64,000 nt of DNA, from positions 29,326,001-29,390,000 of the forward strand of contig NC_043015.1 in the NCBI RefSeq assembly GCF_006345805.1. Reading direction: 5' to 3'. The stretch's first letter is position 1. Each line of letters starts with the position of its first letter. Below the pieces are notes generated by a model. That model had not been told where the DNA came from, ran no database searches, and saw nothing but the letters and a program-made list of their open reading frames with translations. Origin of the DNA: Octopus sinensis (lineage: Eukaryota). Made by a program: the position numbers and the translations under genes. Below, piece after piece: positions 52,376 through 64,000 of the stretch.

Positions 52376-52462
52376 TGTATGATAATGTACTTATTTTATC
52401 AACATCGAAAGGATGAAAGGCAAAGACGACTTCAGTGGCATTTGAACTCAGAACATAAATAA

Positions 52463-53095
52463 TCATCATCATCATCGTTTAACGTCCGTTTTCCATGCTA
52501 GCATGGGTTGGACGGTTCAACTGGGGTCTGGGAAGCCAGAAGGCTGCACCATGCCCAGTCTGATCTGGCAGTGTTTCTACGGCTGGATGCCCTTCCTAAC
52601 GCCAACCACTCCGAGGGTGTAGTGGGTGCTTTTTATGTGCCACCGGCACAGGTGCCAGGCGAGGCTGGCAAACGGCCACGATCGGATAGTGCTTTTTACG
52701 TGCCACCGGCACGGAGGCCAGTCGGGGCGGCACTGGCAACGGCCACGTTAAGATGGTTCTCTTACGTGCCACCGGCACTGGTATCACAGCTACAATTTCC
52801 ATTGATGTTGAACGATTTCGATTTTCACTTGCCTCAACAGGTCTTCACAAGTAGGGTTTATGTCCCAAGAAGGAAAGGTATGCATAAGTGGACTGGCTAC
52901 ATCCCAGGTAGAGGCCATGGGTTATGGTCTCACTTGTCCTGCCGGGTCTCCCCACGCACAGCATACTTCCAAAGGTCTCGGTCTCTGGTCATTTCTTCGG
53001 TGAGACCTAAAGTTCGAAGGTCGTGTTTCACCACCTCGTCCCAGGTTTTCTTGGGTCTACCTCTTCCACAAGTTCCCTCAACCGCTAGGGTGTGG
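52463..53095 (-). mobile_element. 5'-truncated RTE LINE with long 3' UTR and (GAT)n tail
   Basis: Minus strand reads HTLAVEGTCGRGRPKKTWDEVVKHDLRTLGL...DRDLWKYAV, then the 3' UTR. The same UTR also occurs alone at ~23070-23345, 24600-25135, 26905-27360, 29025-29200, 53940-54295, 59845-60042. Confidence 0.88.
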
Positions 53096-54318
53096 AACTA
53101 GTGGTTGCGGGAACACTGAAGAAATTCTTCTCACTGAAATAATATTTATCCTGCAGATTGGTCAGCAAACAAAGCCACTGGAACCATCATCATCATCATC
53201 ACAATTTCTTCATAAGTCCTATGGCAATAAGGTAAGTGATGATAGTGACAGGTAGAAGAAAGATACCTGCTGGAAGTCTAAAGCATTCACCATGTACACA
53301 GGTGGCCATAGACTAATAGCCATTTTCCACAGACCTGGGGCAGGTGTGAATTTCAATTTAGCTGTGTCTTGCAGAACTTTCATTCATCGAAGCACCAAGA
53401 GAGTTCACACACACAATAGTGGTGAAATGGAGGTATATATGGAGCTGGCAGAATCGTTAGCACGCCGGGCGAAATGCGTAGCCGTATTTCGTCTGCTGTT
53501 ACGTTCTGAGTTCAAATTCCGCCAAGGTCAACTTTGCCTTTCATCCTTTTGGGGTCGATAAATTAAGTACCAGTTACGCACTGGGATCGATATAATCGAC
53601 TTAATACCTTTGTCTGTCCTTGTTTGTCTCCTCTGTGTTTAGCCTCTTGTGGGTAGTAAAAAAATAGGTAACTTTCTAGGTGCAATCCCATGGTCAGTCG
53701 TGACCAAAGGGGTTCCCAGCATAGTGCAGTATCGTATGTCTATTGTGGCATAAAGATAGGGTCCTGTGCTGTAGAGGATGTATACAGTGGTACTCTGATG
53801 GTATACAATGCTAAGGTGATGCAGTGGAGGTTGTGCTGTGGTAGAATATTATGGTACAGAGATGTTATATTGTGTTGAGGTACTATATTATGGTGTAGTG
53901 TCGTTATACTGTTTTGTGGTGTTATAATGGGTTGGGAGAGATGTTGCCAGCGCCACCCCGACTGGCTTCTGTGCCAGTTGCACATAAAAAGCACCATCCG
54001 AACGTGGCCGTTGCCAGCGCCGCCTTGGCTGGCTTCCGTGCCGGTGGCACGTTAAAAGCTCCAACCGATCGTAACCGATGCCGGACCCCCCTGGCACCTG
54101 TGCAGGTGGCACGTAAAAAGCACCCACTACACTCGCGGAGTGGTTGGCGTTAGGAAGGGCATCCAGCTGTAGAAACTCTGCCAGATCAGACTGGAGCCTG
54201 GTGCAGCCCCTGGCTTCCCAGACCCCGGTTGAACCGTCCAACCCGTGCCAGCGCGGAAAACGGACGTTAAACGATGATGATGATGATGATGATGATATTT
54301 CTTATTTCTGTAACTCAC

Positions 54319-54486
54319 TTTTAACTGATTTTTCACTGGGGGAAGAGTCATCAGCTTCTGCTTTTGAAGGCTTGCACGAAGTCTTGTGATGTTTCCAATG
54401 AGCACTTTCACATTCTTTAGAACAATATTCTACACTGTTACAGCCTGAACATTTTCTCATTGACCTGGAACAATTGGCACATTCAC
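54319..54486 (-). CDS. MYND exon M6 (GECANCSRSMRKCSGCNSVEYCSKECESAHWKHHKTSCKPSKAEADDSSPSEKSVK)
   Basis: 168 nt, acceptor tcgaaacag, donor AAAA|gtgagt, phase 1-1. Confidence 0.9.
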
Positions 54487-54602
54487 CTGTTTCGAGAGAT
54501 AAGAAAAACAAAAACATCAAACACACCCACAAACTTTTATTTAAGAGTTTATGTTGCTAATGTGAGAAAGGATTGTGTCAAAGTCGATAAGATGCTGCAG
54601 CT

Positions 54603-54641
<39 letters not shown>

Positions 54642-56665
54642 TGTGTACAGTGCTCAGGTGCACTACAACTCATCTAAAGTGTATATATAATCAGGTGTAG
54701 TTTCGACGGATTTCGGGAAGCATGAGGGCCTTAAAGGATGCAGTGTCATGGCAGTCAACAACTGATGCAGGCAGTTTATTCCACGCTTCAGCAACCCTGA
54801 GCGTGAAAAAATTTTTCCGAAAGTCAAGGGAGCTGACTTAGAACCGTGTAACGTTTTTCATGAGACTACATAAAAGATTCTAAAAAATTTCTACTGCAAA
54901 ATGGTTTTAAGATCGGGAGATTCTATTCCCCTATTGTTTACTGTTTCCAATCTACTTTAGAATATTCTTGTAACATTTTTTAAACTGAGATTTAAAATCG
55001 ATTTGCAGACAACAGAGTACTCAGGTGAGAGATTTGGGTGAACTTCAAATGATGTTAAGATGACTTAATATAGAATGCAAAAGTAATAGGTTTAAGAATG
55101 AACATTAAAAAGAAGATGAAATAAAGTTCAAAGTGAGAGATGAAATACTCAATATTAAAGTTAAAGAAAAATCCTTTTAAAGAGAAAAAATTACACTAAC
55201 TTCAGTAAGATTGTGGTGTATGCAAGAGATTCGAAATAAAGGCACCTACCTTCTCTTTGCTCAGAGGGAGACCCCTCAGCGGTAATGGATCCTTCAACAC
55301 AGCCCGACCCGAACGCTAGAAATAGCAGCTGCTTCTCCCAACCTTAACAACGTGCTGACCCGACTTCCTCGCTCGGTGACCGCGATCGAAAAGGGTGAAT
55401 GCCACCCTACCTGCGCGCGCGTCACTGCTACCCCTTCCGGTCAGCCCCAAGTTCTGGTCAGCTCCCCAGCTGCTGACGTCATCCCACAAAGATTTACAGC
55501 AAAAAAAAAATTAAAATGGTGAATTAGTATGAGCTTGAAAGTCAGGCCTTTACCTAAGATAGAGTCAAGATTTTTCCTAAGGATGAAGTCAACTACATAC
55601 AACTGCCTACGTACACCAAGGCTCTTTCACAACGGCTCAAAACGTTTCATAGCATAAGACATAAGAGGAGATTTATGAACACATTCCACTCTATCATTGC
55701 TCAATGCAGAGTAGCTTTGGCTGGTCAATACACCTATTCTGAACAACAGACCGTATCAGGTATATTTTGGCGAGTTCCATGCCCTAAAGGAGGACAAAGA
55801 CCAATCTGTTGCATGGATGTTATTGGCAGACACACAACAAGAAATTAAAGACATTAACAAAGATAATTGGAGGCGAAGACTCCTGGAATGCCATTTTGAA
55901 GGACATCTCAGTTGCGGCTTCTTCAAAAAGAATTTAAGCTGGCAAGTATTTGGAATGGCAACTTTGGTCTTTGAAATTAAATGCTGCTAAAACTTTCAAA
56001 GACTAGTTTACAACCAGAGAATCTTCACAAGAATTTTTTATGATGCAGGAACACAGAATCTGTCTAGACTTAGCATGGAAGTTAAGAGCAGCTCAAGATG
56101 CTTATAAATGTATTATGAGTGAAATATAATGAAAGGACAGAGGTGTGGTTGCATAGGAGAGAGGCATGGTTGGGTGGTCAGAAGACTGCTTCTGAATCAA
56201 ATGATTTCAAGTTCAGTCTCACTGCATAGCATCTTGGGAGTCTTCTACTAAAGTCCCAGGTTGACAAAGCTTTTGTGAGGGGATTTCATAGATGGAAACT
56301 GAAAGAAGCCTATTGGTTATACACACATATATATATAATAATAATTTATATATATGTAGGTATGAGTGAGTGCATATTTGTGACACCTTGGCTTGACTTC
56401 ATGACTTGTAAATAAATGTCATTCGTTTCCAGTATTGTGTGAAAATATGTCTGGCCTTAGAAAATCTGCTTTGGGAAACTCTATCCGACCCATGCAATCA
56501 ATGAGAAGGAGACATTAAGAACTATGATGATGATGATGATGATGATGATGACTAAAAAGAAATGAATGGGATTCAAAAACAAGCAAAGCAAAATGCTATT
56601 ATCAAAGTCATATAACTTTTGCAAGGGAGTTCAGTTAGTCACGGTCATAGGTAGATGATAATAAG

Positions 56666-56710
<45 letters not shown>

Positions 56711-56733
56711 TAGATAGACAGAGAGCTAGATAG

Positions 56734-56771
<38 letters not shown>

Positions 56772-57592
56772 GGGGGTGGGGTTCCGGGAAACGAAAGAAA
56801 CAGAACAAGATAAAGGGATGAAATGGCTATGACAAAAATTGGATCTCTTCCAATCCCAGCATGACCTAACGTTATGGAGAAATGAAAGGAACACACTTAG
56901 CCACCAATTAGAAATCAATGGCTGAATCGATTGATTGAGTGATGGTAATGAAATATTTTACAAATATATTGCTGCTGAAAATAGCAGCATTAAAACGATG
57001 TTCATCTCCTCCCTGAAGGGCAATAAATGTGCAGGAGTGGCTGTGTGGTAAGTAGCTTGCTAACCAACCACATGGTTCCGGGTTCAGTCCCACTGCGTGG
57101 CATCTTGGGCAAGTGTCTTCTGCTATAGCCCCGGGCCGACCAATGCCTTGTGAGTGGATTTGGTAGACGGAAACTGAAAGAAGCCTGTCGTATATATGTA
57201 TATATATATATATATGTATTATGTGTGTGTGTCTGTCTTTGTCCCCCTAGCATTGCTTGACAACCGATGCTGGTGTGCTTACGTCTCCATCACTTAGTGG
57301 TTCGGCAAAAGAGACTGATAGAATAAGTACTGGGCTTACAAAGAATAAGTCCTGGGGTCGATTTGCTTGACTAAAAAAGGCAGTGTTCCAGCGTGGCCGC
57401 AGTCAAATGACTGAAACAAGTAAAAGAGTAAAAGAGTAAGAGTATATCTATTAACACAGATACATTATGTGTTAGTGGAGGTATATATTAGTTTTGTAGA
57501 GGTATACAAGTATGTAGGAGAGGTGGACAGCAGTGTAATAGAGATGTACAGCAATATGGTGGAGTAATAAATTTCCTGCTTCTATCACTTAC

Positions 57593-57766
57593 CTTCAACT
57601 GAGTTAATACTAGAACTTTCATTACCTTTAGACTCTGAAATCTGGCATGATTTCCTGTGATCTGTCCAGTCAGCTATTTGACAAACTTGGGAACAATATT
57701 CTCTATTGTCGCAGGCTGGACATTTTATTAACTTTACATTTGATCTTTTACATTTGCCACATTGAC
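57593..57766 (-). CDS. MYND exon M5 (GQCGKCKRSNVKLIKCPACDNREYCSQVCQIADWTDHRKSCQISESKGNESSSINSVE)
   Basis: 174 nt, acceptor cttaaacag, donor GAAG|gtaagt, phase 1-1. Read by hand. Confidence 0.92.
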
Positions 57767-58831
57767 CTGTTTAAGAGATGAAGAATAAATATTAAACATT
57801 TCTTCTACATGTGTGATAGAGTTCCATTTAAAAGAGTCAATAATTTTAATATAAGAAGGTGGAGAGCTGGCAGAAATGTTAGCATGCCAGGCAAAATGCT
57901 TAGCAGTATTTCGTCTTTCTTTACATTCTGAGTTCAAATTCTACCGAGGTCGACTTTGCCTTTCATCCTTTTGGGGTCGATAAATGAAGTACCAGTTGTG
58001 TACTAGTGTTGATCTAATCGACTGGCTCCTCTCCCCCCAAAATTTTAGGGCTTGTGCCTAGAGTAGACAAGAATATTTTTGATATAAAGTTGTTTGTTTA
58101 TAGTGGGTGTTTTTGTGTGGTAAAAAGTTTGCTTCCAAATCATGTGGTCCTGGGTTCAGTCCAACTGCATGGCACCTTGGGTAAGCATCTTCTACTATAG
58201 TCATCAGCTGACCAAAACCTTAGGAATGGATTTGGTGGAGAGAAACTGAAGGAAACCTCTTCTATGTATATGTGTAATGAATGAGTATATATTTGTGTAG
58301 TGGTAGTATATATTTATGCTGTAGGGGTATATATTTATGTATGTTGTTTGTTCCTTCTTGAGCCATGCCTGGCTCATAAAGGCTGGTTTCCTGGTTTCAC
58401 TGACGTACAGGTTCCCCACCTGGATGGGACATTGGTACGTTGCAGGTGAGCTGCTAGATGCAAGAGTGAGAGAAAGTTGTGGTGAAAGAGTCAGCAGAAG
58501 TTTACCATTACCTTCTGCCGGAGCCACATGGAGCTTAGGTGTTTCACTCATAAACACACATCACCCAGTCTGAGATTCAAACCTGCAATCCCTCGACTAT
58601 GAGTCCACTGCTCTAACCACTAGGCCATGTGCCTCCACATATACTTATGTATGGAGGTATATATTTAAGTAGTGGCGGTTTATATTTATGTAATAGAAGT
58701 ATATATTTATGTAGAGGTGATATATCTTAAGTAATGGAGGAATGTTTTTTATGTGAAGGGAGTATATATTTATGTGGTGGAGGTCTAAAATGGTATTGTT
58801 GAAAAACAAATTTCTTACTTCGGTCACTCAC

Positions 58832-59005
58832 CTTTGACTGGTATTTTACTGGAACTTTCACCATCCTCAGTATTAGCAGTTTTGCATGAATTCTTGTGAT
58901 GTTCCCAGTCAGCTGTTTGACAAACTTTGGAACAATATTCCACATTGTTGCAAGCAACACATCTTTTCAGTGCTACACCTGACTTTTTACACCTGGCACA
59001 TTGAC
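58832..59005 (-). CDS. MYND exon M4 (GQCARCKKSGVALKRCVACNNVEYCSKVCQTADWEHHKNSCKTANTEDGESSSKIPVK)
   Basis: 174 nt, acceptor ccccaacag, donor AAAG|gtgagt, phase 1-1. Read by hand. Confidence 0.92.
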
Positions 59006-59242
59006 CTGTTGGGGGAGATGGAAAACAGAAAATATCTGAACACTTCTACCACATGTATGATTTAAAAGTTTTAATGTCTTTGTATATAGATAGGCCGACC
59101 TTTCTTGGCAGTAGATTTTGGTTGGAATAACTCAACTGGTATGCCAGAAAATAATGTAGTATTGGAGGCATAAATTGGGGTACAGTACTGCAGGTATATA
59201 ATGGGTTAGTGGGGGAATAATTTACCTGCTGTTAACACTCAC

Positions 59243-59380
59243 CTTTAACTGATCTTTTACATGAAGTCTTGTGTTGTTCCCAGTCAGTTGTTCGACAAAT
59301 TCTTGAACAATATTCTACACTGTTGCAGCCAGAACATTTTTTCAACTCTGCACCTGACTTTTTACACCTGGCACATTGAC
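59243..59380 (-). CDS. MYND exon M3 (GQCARCKKSGAELKKCSGCNSVEYCSRICRTTDWEQHKTSCKRSVK)
   Basis: 138 nt, acceptor ccaaacag, donor AAAG|gtgagt, phase 1-1. Confidence 0.92.
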
Positions 59381-60168
59381 CTGTTTGGACAGATGTAAAA
59401 CATAATATATGAAACACTTCTACCAGGTGTGCAATTGAAATGTGTTAATGTGGCTGTTGTGGGTAAAGAGTTTATTTATAAGCGACCAAAGTCGATGACA
59501 GTTGATTGTGTAGTAACCCTCAGTTGAAGAATTTAGTCATTCATCAGTTTGTTGAGCCAACAAGGGAGCAGTGTCTCTGACATGCCTTCATTATACAGAA
59601 CACTACCTCTCTCATCTCCCTTCTTTGTGTGTGTATGTGTGTGTGTGTATGTCAATGCTTAGTTTTATTTCAAGGTTTCTTGCCAATAGAGAAAGAGCCA
59701 GTTTCTAACCTGGATCCAAGGCTCCTTCATTGGAATTTCAACATCAACAACATCAGTTAAGTACCAGTTATGTACAGGGGTCAATGTAATCGACTTAATC
59801 CCTTTGTCCGTCCTTGTTTGTCTCCTCTATGTTTAGCCCCTTGACTGGCTTCCGTGCCGGTGGCACATAAAAAGCACCCACTACACTCATGGAGTGGTTG
59901 GCGTTAGGAAGGGCTTCCAGCTGTAGAAACATTGCCAGATTAGACTGGGCCTGGTGCAGCCTTCTGGCTTCCCAGACCCCAGTTGAACCGTCCAACCCAT
60001 GCTAGCATAGAAAGCGGACGCTAAACGATGATGATGATGATGACCCCTATCTTGGCAGTAGATTTTGGTCTGAATAATTCGACTGATATGCCGGAAAATA
60101 ATGTGGTATGGTATAAATTAGTGTACAGTACTAAAGGTATATAGTGGTTTAGTAGAGAAACTATTTAC

Positions 60169-60306
60169 TTTTTACTGATCTTTTACATGAAGTCTTGTGA
60201 TCTGTCCAGTCAACACTTTGACAAGCTCTTGAACAATATTCTACAATGTTGCAGCCAGAACATTTTTTCAACACTGCATCTGACTTTTTACATCTGGCAC
60301 ACTGAC
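60169..60306 (-). CDS. MYND exon M2 (GQCARCKKSDAVLKKCSGCNIVEYCSRACQSVDWTDHKTSCKRSVK)
   Basis: 138 nt, acceptor ccaaacag, weaker donor AAAA|gtaaat, phase 1-1. Absent from the ORF track; read by hand. Confidence 0.82.
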
Positions 60307-60849
60307 CTGTTTGGGAAGAAGGTGAAAAACAGAAAACATTTTTACTAGTTATGCGAGTGTTCTATTTAAAAGAGTTAACGTAAATGAGCTGGGGTTATTG
60401 TATTGTTTTTTAAAAGCACAATTTGGTTCTGAGTGAGTTCAAATATTTGCAGTCTTTACCATTTACTTGCTTCAGTCATTTGACTGTGGCTATGCTGGAG
60501 CACCGCCTTTAGTCGAACAAATCGACCCCAGGACATTTTCTTTGTAAACCTAGTACTTATTCTATCGGTTTCTTTTGCTGAACCGCTAAGTAACGGGACG
60601 TAAACACACCAGCATCGATTGCCAAGCAATGCTGCAGGGACAAACACAGACACACAAACATATACACACACAAACATATACACACACATACATATATACG
60701 ACAGGCTTCTTCCAGTTTCCGTCTACCAAATCCACTCACAAGGCTTTGGTCGGCCTGAGGCTATAGTAGAAGACACTTGCCCAAGGTGCCACACAGTGGG
60801 ACTGAACCTGGAACTATGTGGTTTGTAAGCAAGCTACTTACCACACAGT

Positions 60850-61680
60850 CACTGTGAAAGATTTTATTGTATCTAAGGTTTGAACGGCAGTTTTTTCTAG
60901 TGGGTCATATGAAATTGTCACCCATGATTATAACCCTAGTATCGATCTATTGCATTTCAATCTGTTTTAGGGTTAGGGTTAGTTAGGGTTTGGGTTAGGG
61001 GTAGGGGGAAGGGGAAGGGTATCTTTTTTCACACAAATGTAAATAAACCCAATCTGTTTCTTAAACGAGAGACATATTCATACAGCACAGAATGATTTTA
61101 CCTCAATACACGTCATTGATTGGTTGAAATTGCAGAAATTGAAGAAAAAAAAACAACAAATATCTTATAAACTATAGAATTTTCTCAATAAAGCCAAGAA
61201 AAAAAGATGTTTTATAAACAAATTCTACCAGTATACGAAGTTTAAAATTTTTTAGTTACCTAGAAATTATGTTAAAAACTGCCGTTCAAACCGAAAAGAT
61301 CCTCTATAGGTTCTAAGTATGTGGCTATCTGCTAAGTGCATTTGTCCAAATATCAAGGGAGAAAGAGGAGGGCCAAACCATAAAACGTTCCAAAACCTAT
61401 TCTTATGACTATAAGATAGAATAGGTGGGAAGGGTACGGGATTAATATGGGGCACCCTTTTCGAATATTTCTTTAGAAGAAAGGCATGTGATCCCCATCT
61501 ACAGACTTAATGGGAACCTAAAATATATTAATAAACTCATTTAAAAACTCAATTCCAAATATTAGCTTAGTCTAAAACTGGGTATTTGACACTCGACCCG
61601 ATTCAATTTCGTTAGCCCGAAAGCGATGAAGAAAAGAAATGTATGGTTAAAGGGAGATAACTCCATAATATTTTAGTTTC
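60850..61680. mobile_element. Non-coding DNA element with subterminal inverted repeat and TTAGGG-like tract; homologous to ~31990-32390
   Basis: ggtttgaacggcagttttt (~60878) is inverted as aaaaactgccgttcaaacc (~61274); ~200 bp of internal sequence is shared with 32010-32210. Confidence 0.6.
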
Positions 61681-61719
61681 AGTTTCACATTTACAGTTTA
61701 ATACCATTTAGTAATATTT

Positions 61720-61729
61720 CAGTAACACG

Positions 61730-61767
<38 letters not shown>

Positions 61768-61877
61768 TTCACTCTTTCTCTCTCACTCTCTCTTTCTTTC
61801 TCTCTCTCTCTCTCTCTCTCCATACCATATTTATATATATATATATATATATATGCATACATTACATATCCATACAT

Positions 61878-61919
<42 letters not shown>

Positions 61920-62032
61920 ATGTAAGGATATGTAATGTATGCATATATATATATATATATATAAATATATGTATGGAGAGAGAGAGAGAGAGAGAGAGAA
62001 AGAAAGAGAGAGAGTGAGAGAGAAAGAGTGAA

Positions 62033-62072
<40 letters not shown>

Positions 62073-62145
62073 CGTGTTACTGAAATATTACTAAATGGTA
62101 TATATATATATATATATATTTACACACATACATATTTACATATAT

Positions 62146-62220
<75 letters not shown>

Positions 62221-62230
62221 CATACATATA
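61720..62230. repeat. Compound (CT)n/(TA)n/(GA)n/(CA)n microsatellite block; similar blocks at ~1440-1625, 15968-16096, 16380-16460, 19955-20125, 56660-56772
   Basis: Direct inspection. Confidence 0.95.
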
Positions 62231-62626
62231 AATATATATGGAACACCAAATGGATTGTGGTTCACTACACTTGTTTGAGGCATATTTCTCATTGATGGAC
62301 TGTGGTGTTTTTTCATGAAGGAAAAAAAAATGCTCCATCAGGTGAATACAGGTAAGATTTAACAATTAGAACTTCTTAAGGAAAGAACATAGTGCCAGAT
62401 GATTCAGCTGATCCAAATTTGATCAGAGAGTGAAAAGGTTAAGTTAGTATCAAGTTTATAATGGAGAACTCATTATAGGGCTTGTATAGGAGAAGAAATT
62501 AGATGGACAAGTATAAGAAAGGAGTGGAGAAAGAAAGACGAAAATAAGGTAGAGAGAAGAGAATGCATGATCTCGTTTGACTTCTTAAAGGGTTATAAAT
62601 AAAATTAACGTGCTTCTGGCACTCAC

Positions 62627-62800
62627 CTTTGATTGATATTTTACTGGAATTTTCATCACCTTTAGTCTTTGAAGTCTTGCATGAAAGCTTGTGATGTTCC
62701 CAGGCAGCATTTTCACAAAGTTTGGAACAGTATTCTACAGTATTGCAGCCTGAACATTTTGTTAATTCTACATTGGATCTTGAACATCGAGCACATTCAC
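62627..62800 (-). CDS. Multi-MYND gene, MYND exon M1 (GECARCSRSNVELTKCSGCNTVEYCSKLCENAAWEHHKLSCKTSKTKGDENSSKISIK)
   Basis: 174 nt, acceptor ttaaaacag, donor AAAG|gtgagt, phase 1-1. Full MYND pattern C-x2-C...C-x2-C-x5-C-x3-C-x7-H-x3-C. Confidence 0.92.
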
Positions 62801-64000
62801 CTGTTTTAAGAGCAAGAAAAAGAAAAAAAAAGAAAAAATCTACAATATCAAACACTTCAACTACATGTGTGATAGTGTTTTATTTAAAAGTTTAATGCTG
62901 CTTAATGTAAAAAGAAATTCCGTTTTGTGTATATTTAATCAAATATAGTCTTACTCCATAATAAGACATACACAACAATACAATGCCCTTTCCAGAAGAT
63001 GCAAGTTATGCTCCAAAGAATCACTGTGCATTTTTGTGGACTAATAAGCTCATTAATAGAATTCAGAGAGACTAACAAGACGCAACAGGTCACATGTAAT
63101 TTAGTTATATATTAAAAATATAAATATCATTTATATTTTTTTACATGTTTTATTACAGTTTCTAGATTAAGTAAGGCCCTATATTTAATTATATACACAT
63201 ATAGTATTGTTGTATGTTATTAAAATAGCATTATTAGGAGCACTCCGTCGGTTGCGACGATGAGGGTCCCAGCTGATACTATCAACAGAACAGCTTGCTT
63301 GTGATATTAACGTGCAAGTGGCTGAGCTCTCCACAGACACGTGTACCCTTAACGTAGTTCTCGAGGAGATTCAGCGTGACACAGAGTGTGACAAGGCTAG
63401 CCCTTTGAAATACAGGTACAACAGAAACAGGAAGAAAGTTGTGGTGAAAGAGTACAGCAGGGTTCACCACCACCCCCTGCCAGAGCCTCGTGGAGCTTTT
63501 AGGTGTTTTCGCTCAATAAACACTCACAATGCCCGGTCTGGGAATCGAAACTGCAATCCTCCGACCGCGAGTCCGCTGCCCTAACCACTGGGCCATTGTG
63601 CCTCCACTTATAATAGCAAAAGATTGTCTATGACATAAATGAGTTTGGTTTAATATTATTTGAGATATATGGAAATATATTTTGATACTTTTAGATTCTA
63701 CTTAATTATTTTGTCCGGTATAATTTTGTTGTTTTTAATTGTAATTGAAATGTAGTTGAATGGCTAACATTCATGCTCATAATACATAAGCATTTGAATT
63801 AACTTTTTTACAATCCAGCCATCCTCTCACACGGAATTTCCTCTATCTTCAAACCATTGATTCTGATAAGGCTTATGTAAGGGAATTGTATTGTTTATAT
63901 ATGAAAAAATGTATATAAGTTGAAACATATCGTTGGCTTTTTTGATTTAATAATTGTTGATGTTATATTTATAGTATTTTATGATATATTATAATCCATC

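Noticed and set aside
52508-53101. 197-aa ORF, the longest in the track
   Set aside because: It is the antisense reading of an RTE 3' end and its UTR.
60966-61005. TTAGGG tracts as telomere or interstitial telomere (also ~31385-31400 and 31965-31980)
   Set aside because: Only 2-4 degenerate units, and they are internal to a dispersed repeat family.
62280-62320. Resemblance of catatttctcattgatggac to the terminal-exon HYFIDG codons
   Set aside because: It is on the opposite strand, very short and AT-rich, with no extended frame similarity.
62801-64000. Further upstream exon or start codon of the multi-MYND gene
   Set aside because: No segment with a convincing acceptor, open frame and phase-1 donor was found; the 5' end probably lies outside the window.

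Overview
Eukaryotic, AT-rich, repeat-saturated genomic DNA. The SINE/LINE families present point to an octopod cephalopod (Octopus sp.; inferred from repeat recognition). Nearly all ORFs in the supplied track are microsatellite or SINE artefacts; the real genes are spliced and were reconstructed by hand. (1) A complete five-exon FIS1 gene on the minus strand (37926->12870, 152 aa, 19-kb first coding intron). (2) The 3' part of an unusual minus-strand gene (62800->47263): eight tandem symmetric phase-1 exons, each encoding one MYND zinc finger, followed by two exons encoding a ~130-aa non-MYND C-terminal domain. One MYND exon carries a 1-nt frameshift. (3) A probable terminal exon of an upstream plus-strand gene (908-997). 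(4) A candidate two-exon 65-aa secreted peptide gene (5437->4502). The rest is tRNA-derived SINEs, RTE and CR1 3' ends, Tc1/mariner/Tigger/hAT/piggyBac-like elements, non-autonomous Helitrons and fold-back palindromes. There are also two young tandem arrays (93 bp x ~13; 98 bp x 14, built from a SINE promoter head) and an 87-bp histone H4 3' fragment inside a (TA)n tract. No CRISPR array, rRNA or genuine tRNA gene was found.
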